Assembly: GCA_963825405.1 (NCBI GenBank)
Contig: CAWGTB010000012.1
Coordinates: 121,615 to 185,614 of the forward strand
Direction of reading: 5' to 3'
DNA: 64,000 nucleotides
Source of the DNA: an uncultured Solibacteraceae bacterium
Lineage (GTDB): Bacteria > Acidobacteriota > Terriglobia > Bryobacterales > Bryobacteraceae
Shown here piece by piece: positions 30,013-39,847 of the stretch. Numbering within the stretch: position 1 is the stretch's first letter; the number at the start of each line of letters is the position of its first letter. A model generated the notes under the pieces. It had not been told where the DNA came from and searched no databases. It was given only the letters and a program-made list of their open reading frames with translations. The translations under genes were made by a program, and so were the position numbers.

Positions 30013-31666
30013 ATGCGTTCCCGATTTCTTATCCTCGCGCTGTGCACCGCCGCTACGGCGCTTGCCCAGGTCTCGTCTTTTCCCAAGCCATCTTATTTCC
30101 GCGAGACGTTTTCCCGTACCGTCACCAAGGTCGAGCTGCAAGCGCCGGTGAAGCTCTCCGATTTCGTCGTGCCAGGGGCGGATGGCAAAAAGCTGGAACT
30201 GTCGCTGCGGTCGTTCCTAGACCTGGTGATGGCGAACAATACCGACATCGCTGTTTCACGGCTCACCGTGGATGTGGCGCAGAACGCTATCACGAGGGCG
30301 TTTCGGGTCTTTCGATCCCGTTGCCACAGGGCGTTTCGTCGCCACCCAATCCAAAACTCCGGCGAGCGACCAATTGCAGGGCGCGACGACGTTGGCCACC
30401 GTGCAGCAGCCGGCGAACTTCGGTTATAACCAGCTCCTGACGAGCGGCACGAATATATCCGTGGGTTTTAACACGATGAAGAGCGTGAGCAACAGCGACT
30501 TCGCAACTTTTAACCCCTCCATCACTTCCAACGTGACAGTGAGCTTTATCCAGCCGCTGATCAAGAATCGCGGCATGTACGTCAACCGCCTGCCGATCAC
30601 TACCGCACGCAGCCGCTTGCGTTTCACCGAATATTCTCTGCGCGATACTGTGCTGCAGTTGATCATGAATGCGGAGAATGCGTATTGGGATCTGGTGCAG
30701 GCGCGCGATACGCTCGGCGTGCAAGAGAAGGCGCTGCAACTGGCCGACGCCGCGCTGAAACGTTCCGAGCTGGAACTCAAGCTGGGCGCCATGTCGCCGC
30801 TCGACATTTTCAACCCGCAGCAGAACTACGCGACCGCCGAGATCGGCGTGGTGCAGGCGCGGTATCTGCTGCAACAGCGTGAAGACGCGCTCCGCAAGCA
30901 GATCGGCGCCGACCTCGATCCCGCCATTCGCACCCTTCCGATCGTACTGACCGAGACGGCCGACGTACCCGCCGATGAGCGCAAGGTGGACGTGGAAGCG
31001 GCCGTGCAAACTGCCCTGGCCAACCGGCCGGACTTGAAGGCATCCGTCCAGGCGCTGGATGTGGATGACCTGCAGATCAAGACTTCCAAGAACGCGCTGC
31101 TCCCCGATTTATCTTTGCTGGGAACATACACTGCGCAAGGCCGCGGCGGAAATTTCTATCAGACCGCGCTCCAGCCGGATGGCACGAGCAGCTTCGTCGG
31201 AATCATTCCCGGCGGCTTCCCTGACGCGCTCACCCAGATGTTCGGATTCGGTTACCCGATCTACCAATTCGGCCTGCAACTGCGCTTGCCGATTCGCAAT
31301 CGTTCCGCGGCGGCGGATCTCTCCGATGCCATGGTTGCGAAAAAGCGCGATACTCTCACCGTGCGCAACGTCGAGCAGAACGCGCGCCTGAATGTGGCGC
31401 AGGCGATCAGCCAGCTCGAAAGCGCGAAGGAGAGCGTGCGCCTTTCGCTGGTCGCGCTCGATTTTGGGCGGAAGTACCTGGAAGCTGAGCAGAAGAAATA
31501 CGAGCTCGGCACCAGCACCATCTTCTTCGTGCTGCAAGCCAACCAGGCGCTGGTGAATGCCGAATCGGCCGTGGTCCAGAACAAGATCCAGTACAAGCGT
31601 TCCGTGCTGAATTTATGGCGGCAAACCGGCGAGCTGCTGGACCGCCGCGGCGTAGCGATACAATAG
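30013..31666 (+). CDS. TolC-family outer-membrane efflux protein, frame broken near 30304 (ORFs 29908..30429 and 30272..31666)
   Basis: Signal peptide MRSRFLILALCTAATALAQ. Contains LSLRSFLDLVMANNTDIAVSRL, then (+1 frame) GSFDPVATG. Two OEP repeats are present. Confidence 0.85.
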
Positions 31667-31670
31667 CCGC

Positions 31671-33640
31671 GTGGGGCGCATACGCGTTCTCCCTGACCAG
31701 GTCGCGAACAAAATCGCCGCCGGGGAGGTAGTCGAACGGCCCGCTTCGGTCGTCAAAGAGCTTCTGGAAAATTCGCTCGATGCGGGCGCTACGTCTTTCC
31801 TGCTCGAAGTCGAGAGCGGCGGGAGGCGTCTGATTCGGATCGCCGACGACGGCTGCGGTATGCTGCGCGACGATGCGCTGCTGGCCTTTGAGCGCCACGC
31901 CACCAGCAAACTGCGCGATGTAAAGGACCTGCTGTCCATCGCCACTTTGGGATTTCGCGGCGAGGCTCTGCCGTCCATTGCCTCAGTTTCGCGCCTGCTT
32001 CTCGAAACCCGCGCCGAGGAAGAGGCGACCGGCACGCGCGTTGAAATCGCCGGCGGCAAGATGCTGCGCTGCGAAGAAGCGGCGCGCGGCAAAGGCACTA
32101 CCATCACCGTGCGCGATTTGTTTTACAACGTGCCGGCCCGTAAAAAGTTTCTGCGCACCGATCAGACTGAGCTGGCGCACATTGCGTCGCTGGTGACGCA
32201 TTACAGCCTGGCCCATCCGGACAAGACCTTCGAGCTGCGCAATGGGCCGATCCAGTTGCTGCACGTGACGCCGGTCGCGACCCTGCGAGAGCGCGTATTT
32301 CAGGTGTTTGGCAGCGGAACGCTGGAAGAGCTCGTCGATCTCGGCGTGCGCGAGCGCGAGTTGCTGCTTCCGCCAGGGCCGTCCGAACCGGGCGTCGAAC
32401 CTGAGCCGCGAGAAACCAAAGTTTTTCGCCTGAGCGGTTTTGTCTCACGGCCGCAGGTGCAGAAAGCCAATCGCAATTCCATATTTGTTTTCGTGAATGG
32501 CCGTTTGATTCGCGACCGTCTGCTGCTGCATGCGCTTTCCGCGGCGTATCACAACCTCATGCCGGCGGGGCATGTTCCCGTTCGCGCTGCTGTTTCTCAC
32601 CTGCGATCCGGGCGAGGTGGACGTGAATGTGCATCCGTCCAAGACGGAAGTGCGCTTCCGCCATCAATCGTTCATGCACGATTTTGTTCGCGACACATTG
32701 CGCGAGCGTCTGATAGAGACGCGGCCCGCGCCGGCGTTCTCTGTAACTCCATCGGCGCAACCCGCCGCGCGCCTGCCTTTTTCCGAGTTTTCGCAAATGA
32801 TGGAGAACACGGCGGTTGCCGGAGAATCCGACGGCGGAATGACGCCTTTGCCGCAGCCGCAGGAAGCCGGCGAGTATGCGACCGACTTTACCGCGCCGGA
32901 ATTTGCGCTGCGTCCCCAGCGCGGTCCCGAGCAGCGGCTCGATTTCGGTGCCGGCTCGATTTCATTGGCCACCGAAGCCCCAGCATCGCAAGCTGCGCGT
33001 GCCGGACACGCACGGGCCGTTTCCGGGCGAGGCATTGCCGGTGTCCTCCTCGCTGACCGCGCTTCCGGATCTGCGGCCGCTGGGACAATTGCACGACAGC
33101 TTCATCATCGCTGCGGGGCGCAGCGGCTTGTGGATTATCGATCAGCACGTGGCGCACGAGCGCATTCTGTTCGAAAAAGTGCTGAAGCAGCGCGCAGCCG
33201 GCACCGTCGAAGTGCAGCGCCTGCTGATGCCGCTGGTGCTGCAGCTCACCGCGGAGCAGCAAATCGAATACGCCCGCATCGCCGACGAGTTGGCCGCCCT
33301 CGGCTTCGAGACCGAGCCCTTCGGCAATCGCACCATCGCTGTCACCGGCGCGCCCGCTGACATTGCTCCGGGCGATTTAGAGAAGGTGCTGTTCGAGGTT
33401 CTGGAGATCGCTGAAAACGAGCTGCGTTCTGCCTCGCTCGACGATGTGCGGCGCGCCATCGCTGCGTCCATCGCCTGCCGCGCGGCTATCAAAATCAACA
33501 TGCGTCTGGATCAAACAAAAATGGATTGGTTGCTGCGTGCGCTCGCCGCTACCGAATATCCCATGAGCTGCCCGCACGGCCGGCCGATTGCTCTCGAATA
33601 CTCCATGCGCGAAATTCTTAAGGCGTTTCATCGGATTTGA
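31671..33640 (+). CDS. mutL: DNA mismatch repair protein MutL, frame broken twice (ORFs 31671..33056, 32530..33360, 32876..33640)
   Basis: GTG start. Contains RIRVLPDQVANKIAAGEVVERPASVVKELLENSLDAG, then (+1) FPFALLFLTCDPGEVDVNVHPSKTEVRF, then (+1 again) LGQLHDSFIIA...DQHVAHERILFE...CPHGRP. Confidence 0.9.
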
Positions 33641-33662
33641 TCGGTCCGATACAATCAATATC

Positions 33663-34448
33663 TTGGAACCCTACAGCCAGATATTCTCCCTTTCCGACAA
33701 GACGGCGTTGGTCGTGGGCGCAAGCCGGGGCATTGGTCTGGCGATCGCTCAGGCACTGGCCACGGCGGGCGCGCACACAATCCTGGCCGCGCGCTCGGTA
33801 GACAAGCTTCACGAGTGCGCCGCCGTGATCCATTCCGCCGGGCATGCGGCCTCCACCTTGGAACTCGATGTGACCAATTCGGATTCCATTCGCGCCGCGG
33901 CCGGCTCGCTCGACGCTGTGGATATACTCGTCAACGTCTCCGGCACCAACCTGCGCAAGCCCTTCGAGAAATACACGCCCGCGGAATACGATCACCTGCT
34001 TTCGACTAATGTTCACGGCCTCGTGGAACTCACGCAATTGATCGGCGCGAAGATGATCGCGCGTGGCAAGGGCGGCAAAGTGATTTTCATCGGCAGCCTC
34101 ACTTCGCGCATGGGCCTGCCGTATCTGTCGGTCTACGGCATCACCAAGGGCGCGGTGACGCAGCTCACGCAAGGGCTTGCCGCCGAGTGGGGCCGTCACG
34201 ATATTCAGGTGAATTGCATTGCGCCCGGATTCATCGTTACCGATTTGAATCGCGCCATGTGGCAAGCTCCGGAGATGGCGCAATGGCTGCGCGGCAATCA
34301 GGCCAACCCGAGATTGGGCCGCGCCGAAGACATCGCGCCGCTGGCGGTTTTTCTGAGCGGAAAAGGCTCGGACTACATCACCGGCCAGGTGATCCCAGTG
34401 GATGGCGGTTTCACCACGACGGCCGTCTGGCCCTTCGAGCCATCATGA
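33663..34448 (+). CDS. short-chain dehydrogenase/reductase (gluconate-5-dehydrogenase-like)
   Basis: Contains TALVVGASRGIGLAIA, the NVSGT region and Y..TKGAV. TTG at 33663 is the preferred start. The ORF opens at the ATG at 33588, inside the mutL 3' end. Confidence 0.8.
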   Translation: MEPYSQIFSLSDKTALVVGASRGIGLAIAQALATAGAHTILAARSVDKLHECAAVIHSAGHAASTLELDVTNSDSIRAAAGSLDAVDILVNVSGTNLRKPFEKYTPAEYDHLLSTNVHGLVELTQLIGAKMIARGKGGKVIFIGSLTSRMGLPYLSVYGITKGAVTQLTQGLAAEWGRHDIQVNCIAPGFIVTDLNRAMWQAPEMAQWLRGNQANPRLGRAEDIAPLAVFLSGKGSDYITGQVIPVDGGFTTTAVWPFEPS

Positions 34449-35326
34449 AGTGGGCGTTGCAGCTGGGCGCATTGTGGATCGCGTTTGCGCAAGCGCCCGC
34501 GCCTTCGCCCCAGCCGGCTCCGGTCGAATTTTCCTGCCCGATGGATCCTGATGTACGCTCCAAGACTCCAGGCAAATGTCCCCGCTGCGGCATGGCACTC
34601 GAGGCGCGGATTCAGGAGCCGATGCGCTATACGATGCGCGTAAAAGCCACTCCGCCGCAAATGGCCGCGGGCCAAGACGTTCATCTGGAGTTTCGCATCA
34701 CCGAGCCGAAATCCGGCGCCGCCGTAAAAGATTACAAAATCGTTCACGAGAAACTGTTCCACCTATTTCTGGTGAGCGAGGACTTGCAGTACTTCGCGCA
34801 CGAGCATCCGATTCTCAAAACGGACGGCAGTTTCGATTACACAGCGCGCTTCCCCGCGCCCGGCCACTACGCGCTGCTGGCCGACGTTTATCCGTCGAAT
34901 GGAACGCCCCAACTGCTGAGCAAGATCGTCACCACCGCTGGTTTCACCAAGAGTTTGCAGGAAGGAATCACCCAGCCGGCGCGCGATCTTAGCCCCAAGC
35001 AGGGCGAGAACCTGAAGGTCGAGCTGACACTCGAGCCTCCGCAGCCCATCGCCGGCAAAAAGACGCTGTTGTTTTTTCGCCTCTCGCCGGCAGACGGGTT
35101 CGAGCAATATCTGGGCGCGTGGGGCCACATGCTGATCGCTAGCAATGATCTTGTCGACTTGATCCACGACCACCCGACATACGTGACCCCGCCCGATGGC
35201 GCGCCGCAAGTGCAGTTCGATGTTTTCTTCCCGCGCGAGGCTATCTATCGCGTATGGGTGCAGTTTCAGCGCAACGGCGTGGTGAACACCGTGGCATTCA
35301 CGATCCCCGTTACTAGCTTGCGTTAG
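34445..35326 (+). CDS. exported heavy-metal-binding-domain protein (HMBD CPxx...CPxC motif plus two Ig/FixH-like domains)
   Basis: Signal peptide MKWALQLGALWIAFAQA, then FSCPMDPDVRSKTPGKCPRCGMAL. ATGA overlap with the SDR stop. Confidence 0.7.
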   Translation: MKWALQLGALWIAFAQAPAPSPQPAPVEFSCPMDPDVRSKTPGKCPRCGMALEARIQEPMRYTMRVKATPPQMAAGQDVHLEFRITEPKSGAAVKDYKIVHEKLFHLFLVSEDLQYFAHEHPILKTDGSFDYTARFPAPGHYALLADVYPSNGTPQLLSKIVTTAGFTKSLQEGITQPARDLSPKQGENLKVELTLEPPQPIAGKKTLLFFRLSPADGFEQYLGAWGHMLIASNDLVDLIHDHPTYVTPPDGAPQVQFDVFFPREAIYRVWVQFQRNGVVNTVAFTIPVTSLR

Positions 35327-36617
35327 CAGCGGGGCGGGCGCGGTAAGCTTCGTCCAATATTTCCATCACGTGCGCCACGCGCTGGCCGCGGCCATGCAGG
35401 CGCGCGCCAGCTGCGAGTTGAAGCATGCAGCCCGGATTGGCGGTGACGATGACATCCGCCGTAGTGGCGTTCACGCTCTCCATCTTTTTTTCCAACAGCG
35501 ACATTGCCATTTCGTTCTCGACGACATTGTAGATTCCAGCGCTGCCGCAGCAGAGATCGGAGAGCGCCATCTCGCGCAGCGCAAGTCCCGGCACGGCCGC
35601 CAGCAGTTTACGCGGCGCGGTGCGGATTTTTTGCCCGTGCGCCAAGTGGCAGGAATCCTGATACGTAATGGTCGCCGCAACCGGTCCCATATCCAGGTTG
35701 AGATCGATCGATGCCAGAAATTCATTCACGTCTTTCATCTGCGCGACAAAGCCGCGAGCCTTCTGGTGGTAGTCGGCGTCGTGCTCCAGCAGTTCGTCGT
35801 ATTCCTTCAGGGTCGAGCCGCAACCCGCCGCGTTGGTCAGGATCGCGTCGAAGCCTCCGTCGAGTACGGCATCGATATTGCGGCGGGCAAGTTTGCGCGC
35901 GTCCTCCTTTAAGCCGGCATGGACGTGCAGTGCACCGCAGCAGCCCTGTTCTGCCGGAATCACTACTTCGCAGCCGTTCTTCTGCAGAACCCGCACCGTT
36001 GCTTCGTTCAGGCGCGCGAAGGAAATATTGGCGATGCAGCCGGCCAGAAACGCTACGCGATAGCGGCGCTCGCCCTCGGCGGGAAATGTCTTGCCGATCT
36101 GGCTGAAAAAGAATGGCGGCTCGGCCGGCGGCGAGAGTTGTTCCAGGCGGCCCAGTTTGCCCATCAGCTTCCACAAACCAGAACCGCGCACGATCCGCTG
36201 CAGCCCACTCGCCTGATACAAATACAGCATGGCGCCAAACACAGTGAGCGTGCCGGGAGATTGCAGCAGGTGCCCGAAAACGAAGCGGCGCATTGTCCGC
36301 GTAAAGAACCTACCGGGCGCGCGCGTGGCAATGTCGGCACGCGCAGCTTCGACTAAATGGCCATACTCAACACCCGACGGACACGCAGTTTCACACGCGC
36401 GGCAAGCCAGGCATAGCCCGATGTGCTCGATGTAGGAAGGCGTGATGGGCGCGCCGCTGTTCACTTGCACCATCTGATAAATGCGTCCACGCGGTGAATC
36501 CATTTCCACGCCCAGCTCGCGGTAGGTGGGGCAAGCGTTCAGGCACAGGCCACAATGCACGCAGCGATCCAGATCGGCTTGCTGCGGGCGGTCAAATGAG
36601 ACGGTAGAGTCTGCCAC
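35313..36617 (-). CDS. glcF: glycolate oxidase iron-sulfur subunit GlcF-like (2x 4Fe-4S plus two CCG domains)
   Basis: Contains CVHCGLCLNACPTY and CLACRACETACPSGV, followed by the cysteine-rich CCG repeats GCCGA and LCCGSAG. Confidence 0.8.
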   Translation of the reverse strand: MADSTVSFDRPQQADLDRCVHCGLCLNACPTYRELGVEMDSPRGRIYQMVQVNSGAPITPSYIEHIGLCLACRACETACPSGVEYGHLVEAARADIATRAPGRFFTRTMRRFVFGHLLQSPGTLTVFGAMLYLYQASGLQRIVRGSGLWKLMGKLGRLEQLSPPAEPPFFFSQIGKTFPAEGERRYRVAFLAGCIANISFARLNEATVRVLQKNGCEVVIPAEQGCCGALHVHAGLKEDARKLARRNIDAVLDGGFDAILTNAAGCGSTLKEYDELLEHDADYHQKARGFVAQMKDVNEFLASIDLNLDMGPVAATITYQDSCHLAHGQKIRTAPRKLLAAVPGLALREMALSDLCCGSAGIYNVVENEMAMSLLEKKMESVNATTADVIVTANPGCMLQLAAGARLHGRGQRVAHVMEILDEAYRARPAANAS

Positions 36618-37749
36618 GGTTCAATAGTCGGTCGGGGTCAAACATTTGCTTGACCCTCTTCATCATCTCAAAGTCGCTGCCCGGAGACGGCCATAGATCG
36701 AGCGCGGCCTTTTGCGCCTCGGGGGAAAACTCCATGACGCACTTCCAGCCATGCCGCGCCGCCGCCGACATCCAGCGCGCCGCCGCCTCCGCGCGCGTGA
36801 AATAAGCATAGGTGACGCCGGAACCTGCGCGCGCAACAGCGGCGGTTTCGATCGATGCGAGGACTGCTTCCAGTTGCACCAGCGTAGAAGCCACGCGCAC
36901 CACCACGCCGTCAGTAAATTTTTCGACAAAACGCTGCGTGAAGCTGCGCACGTCGGTCCAGAAGCGGGCTTCGTCTTCGCCATCGAGCAAAACGGCGTCG
37001 CTCATCGCAGCAACTTCCTTGCGCGCGCGTTCCACCACGGCGTGATTGCCGCCGAACTGCACTGCCAGCAGATGCCCGCGCCGGCCGATCTGCGCTGCCG
37101 CAACGGGATTCAACAGGTCAATAGCTGACGGCTGCAGCACGCCCTTGAGAACGTTGTCGCGCGCCGTGATCGCCTCGGCCAGCGTGCCGAGAGACAGCAG
37201 CACCGTACCCTCCTCGGCCGGCTTGGGAATCACTTTGAAATTCACGACGGCCATAGCCGCTAACGTTCCGAACGAGCCGATCATGAGCTTGGCCATGTCC
37301 AGCCCGGCCACATTTTTCACCACCATGCCGCCCGATTGAATCAGCTTGCCTTCAAGCGTGGCGAAGTGCATCCCGATTACCAAGTCACGCGCGGTGCCAT
37401 AAAGACGCCTCCGCGGACCACTGCTGTTGGACGCCAGAATGCCGCCGATGGTGGCGTGATTTTCGAAGGGCGGATCGAGCGGAATCATCTGCTTGTTTTC
37501 CGCCAGGATGCGGCGAAGCTGCGCATAAGGCATTCCGGCCTCAACGCTGATGGTGAGGTCGCGCGGCTCGTAAGCCAGCAGGCGGGTCAGGCCGGTGGTT
37601 GCGATCGTGACGTCCGATGTCTCAACCGGACCTGCCATGCGGCGTTTACTGCCGGCGCCGCTCAGGGTGACAGTTTGTTTGCTGGACGTGGCTGTAGCCA
37701 GCGCCTCAGCCAACTCGCTTGGTTCATGCGGTGTGATGGGAGTGCTCAC
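36592..37749 (-). CDS. glcE: glycolate oxidase FAD-binding subunit GlcE-like (PCMH-type FAD domain)
   Basis: 385 aa with GAGSKRRMAGPV, NVAGLDMAKLMIGSFGTLA and a C-terminal DP..LLNRGRL motif. Overlaps glcF. Confidence 0.75.
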   Translation of the reverse strand: MSTPITPHEPSELAEALATATSSKQTVTLSGAGSKRRMAGPVETSDVTIATTGLTRLLAYEPRDLTISVEAGMPYAQLRRILAENKQMIPLDPPFENHATIGGILASNSSGPRRRLYGTARDLVIGMHFATLEGKLIQSGGMVVKNVAGLDMAKLMIGSFGTLAAMAVVNFKVIPKPAEEGTVLLSLGTLAEAITARDNVLKGVLQPSAIDLLNPVAAAQIGRRGHLLAVQFGGNHAVVERARKEVAAMSDAVLLDGEDEARFWTDVRSFTQRFVEKFTDGVVVRVASTLVQLEAVLASIETAAVARAGSGVTYAYFTRAEAAARWMSAAARHGWKCVMEFSPEAQKAALDLWPSPGSDFEMMKRVKQMFDPDRLLNRGRLYRLI

Positions 37750-38519
37750 CTCATCGCCTTCACGTAATCCAGAACGAACTGCGCGCCGTACTCACCGGCA
37801 ATGCGCTCGAAGGTCGGATGATTCCATTCCGAATCGGAGATGATGCGGATGGCCACGAAGGGCACTTTCATTCCCGTAGCCACTCCGGCGGCGAAGGCGC
37901 TTTCCATATCTTCCGTGTCGGTACCGTAAGTTTTGAAGATCCATTGGATGCGGTCAAGCTCGCGATTGTACTCGAAGGCCGAGCCGATGTGCCCCTTCAC
38001 TACTTTTCCCCGCTCGTATTTTGTGGCCAAGGCGCTTGCGATCATTGCGGAGTCCCCAGGAAAACTCGGGAAGTCGCTGAGATTTTGATTGTCCAAACGC
38101 AGCTTGTGCGTAATCGGCTTCCAGCGCGCGGAATCCATACCCGCGCCGGCATCGCCGTGGCTGGATTGAAACGCGCCGTAGTCGGTGGCTTTCTCTCCGA
38201 CCACGATGTCCCACAACTGTAGCTTGGGATTATGCGCGCCCGCCGTTCCCTGATTGATGATGGCTTTGGGGTGAAAATTCACGATGCCCAGCGTGGTGGC
38301 AGCGACGGCGTTGATGGGCCCCATTTCCGTGCGCGAGATCACAACAGACTGCGTGCCGATCTTTCCTGTCCAAAACGTCCACGCGCCGATATGTTTTTCC
38401 TGCTTCCCTTCCAGCGCGGCCACCAGCGGTCCCAATTCGGAATCGAGCGCGCCTTGAATCAGCAGATCTTCGGCCCACACCCGCGCCGTCAGAAAAATCA
38501 GCAAACACAAAATCCTCAT
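37746..38519 (-). CDS. exported PNP_UDP_1-family nucleosidase (MTA/SAH or purine nucleosidase-like)
   Basis: Start at MRILCLLIFLTARVWAE (signal peptide). Contains INQGTAGAH and DTEDMESAFAAGVA..PFVAIRIISD. Confidence 0.7.
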   Translation of the reverse strand: MRILCLLIFLTARVWAEDLLIQGALDSELGPLVAALEGKQEKHIGAWTFWTGKIGTQSVVISRTEMGPINAVAATTLGIVNFHPKAIINQGTAGAHNPKLQLWDIVVGEKATDYGAFQSSHGDAGAGMDSARWKPITHKLRLDNQNLSDFPSFPGDSAMIASALATKYERGKVVKGHIGSAFEYNRELDRIQWIFKTYGTDTEDMESAFAAGVATGMKVPFVAIRIISDSEWNHPTFERIAGEYGAQFVLDYVKAMR

Positions 38520-38520
38520 T

Positions 38521-39840
38521 TTAAGCTCCCTTAGCAATGTAGATGAACCGGGCCACAAATAGCAGCGTGAGCGCGTACACCACCCAATTCACTTCGCGAT
38601 ACTGGCCACGCAGGATCTTGAGCAGCGTGAACGCCGTAAAGCCGAACGCCAGGCCATTAGCGATGCTGAACGTGAGCGGAATGGTCATCATCGTGAGAAA
38701 CGCAGGAATAGCGATTACCGGGTCGCTCCACGGAATTTCAGTTACTGTGGTCATCATCATGCTGCCAACTACGATGAGCGCGGGCGCCGTGGCCGCGGCG
38801 GGAATCGCTCCGATCAGCGGTGCGACGAACAAAGCCACCACGAACAGCAGCCCGGTGACGATGGCGGTGACGCCTGTGCGCCCTCCTGCTGCCACGCCCG
38901 CTGAGCTTTCAATGTAGCTGACCACCGTCGAAGTTCCGGCGAGCGATCCGGCAATGGTGGCAGAGGCGTCGGCGAGCAGGATGCGATTGATGCGTGGAAT
39001 CTGATTGGCGCGATCGAACAGCTTGGCGCGCGTGCCTACAGCCACCAGCGTGCCGACGTTATCGAATAAATCCACAAACAGAAAGACGAAAACGATTTCC
39101 AGCAGACCGATGTGCAGCGCGGCGCGAATATCGAGTTGAAAAGCAGTGGCGGTGATATCGGCGACGCCATAAGCGCCCGGCTGCAATTTGACGAGGCCGA
39201 AAATAGCGCCTAGCGCCGTCGTCAAAATGACGCCGATCAGAATCGCTGCGCGTGCGCGCCAGGCCAGCAGGGCTGCCATCAACAGCAAGCCGCCCATGGC
39301 CAGCAGAGTATCGGGAGCACCTAGATTGCCCATTGTGACCAACGTTGCGGGATGCGTCGTCACGATGCCCGCGTTGCGGAAACCGATTAACGCAATGAAG
39401 AGACCGACGCCGGAAGCGACCGCCGCGTAGAGCTCGCGCGGAATCGCCGAAACGATCAGCTTGCGCACGCCGATCAACGTGAGCACCAGAAAACTGACGC
39501 CGGAGAGAAACACAGCGCCCAGCGCAGCCTGCCACGGCACGCCCATGCCTTTCACCACCGAGTAGGTGAAGTACGCGTTCAGGCCCATGCCGGGCGCGAG
39601 TGCAATCGGATAGCGCGCAATCGCCCCCATCAGAATGCTGCCGAACGCGGCCGAGAGACACGTCGCGGCTGTAACCGCGGCCAGCGGCATGCCGGCTTCA
39701 TGCAGGATGGCCGGATTCACGAACACGATGTAGGCCATCGTCATGAACGTGGTCGAGCCGGCAATGACTTCGGTTTTCCAATCGGCGCCGAGAGCTTGAA
39801 ATTCGAAGTAGTGCTCCAGGCGCTCGCGGAGAGCGCTCAT
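38521..39840 (-). CDS. NCS2/AzgA-family purine (adenine/guanine/hypoxanthine) permease
   Basis: 439 aa, polytopic. N-terminus reads YFEFQALGADWKTEVIAGSTTFMTMAYIVFVNP. Confidence 0.85.
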   Translation of the reverse strand: MSALRERLEHYFEFQALGADWKTEVIAGSTTFMTMAYIVFVNPAILHEAGMPLAAVTAATCLSAAFGSILMGAIARYPIALAPGMGLNAYFTYSVVKGMGVPWQAALGAVFLSGVSFLVLTLIGVRKLIVSAIPRELYAAVASGVGLFIALIGFRNAGIVTTHPATLVTMGNLGAPDTLLAMGGLLLMAALLAWRARAAILIGVILTTALGAIFGLVKLQPGAYGVADITATAFQLDIRAALHIGLLEIVFVFLFVDLFDNVGTLVAVGTRAKLFDRANQIPRINRILLADASATIAGSLAGTSTVVSYIESSAGVAAGGRTGVTAIVTGLLFVVALFVAPLIGAIPAAATAPALIVVGSMMMTTVTEIPWSDPVIAIPAFLTMMTIPLTFSIANGLAFGFTAFTLLKILRGQYREVNWVVYALTLLFVARFIYIAKGA

Positions 39841-39847
39841 GAATTCG

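Noticed and set aside
31664-31673. TolC-mutL 4-nt spacing as evidence for functional coupling of efflux and mismatch repair.
   Set aside because: Tight spacing alone is common in compact genomes. There is no mechanistic rationale, so I note it only as possible read-through transcription.
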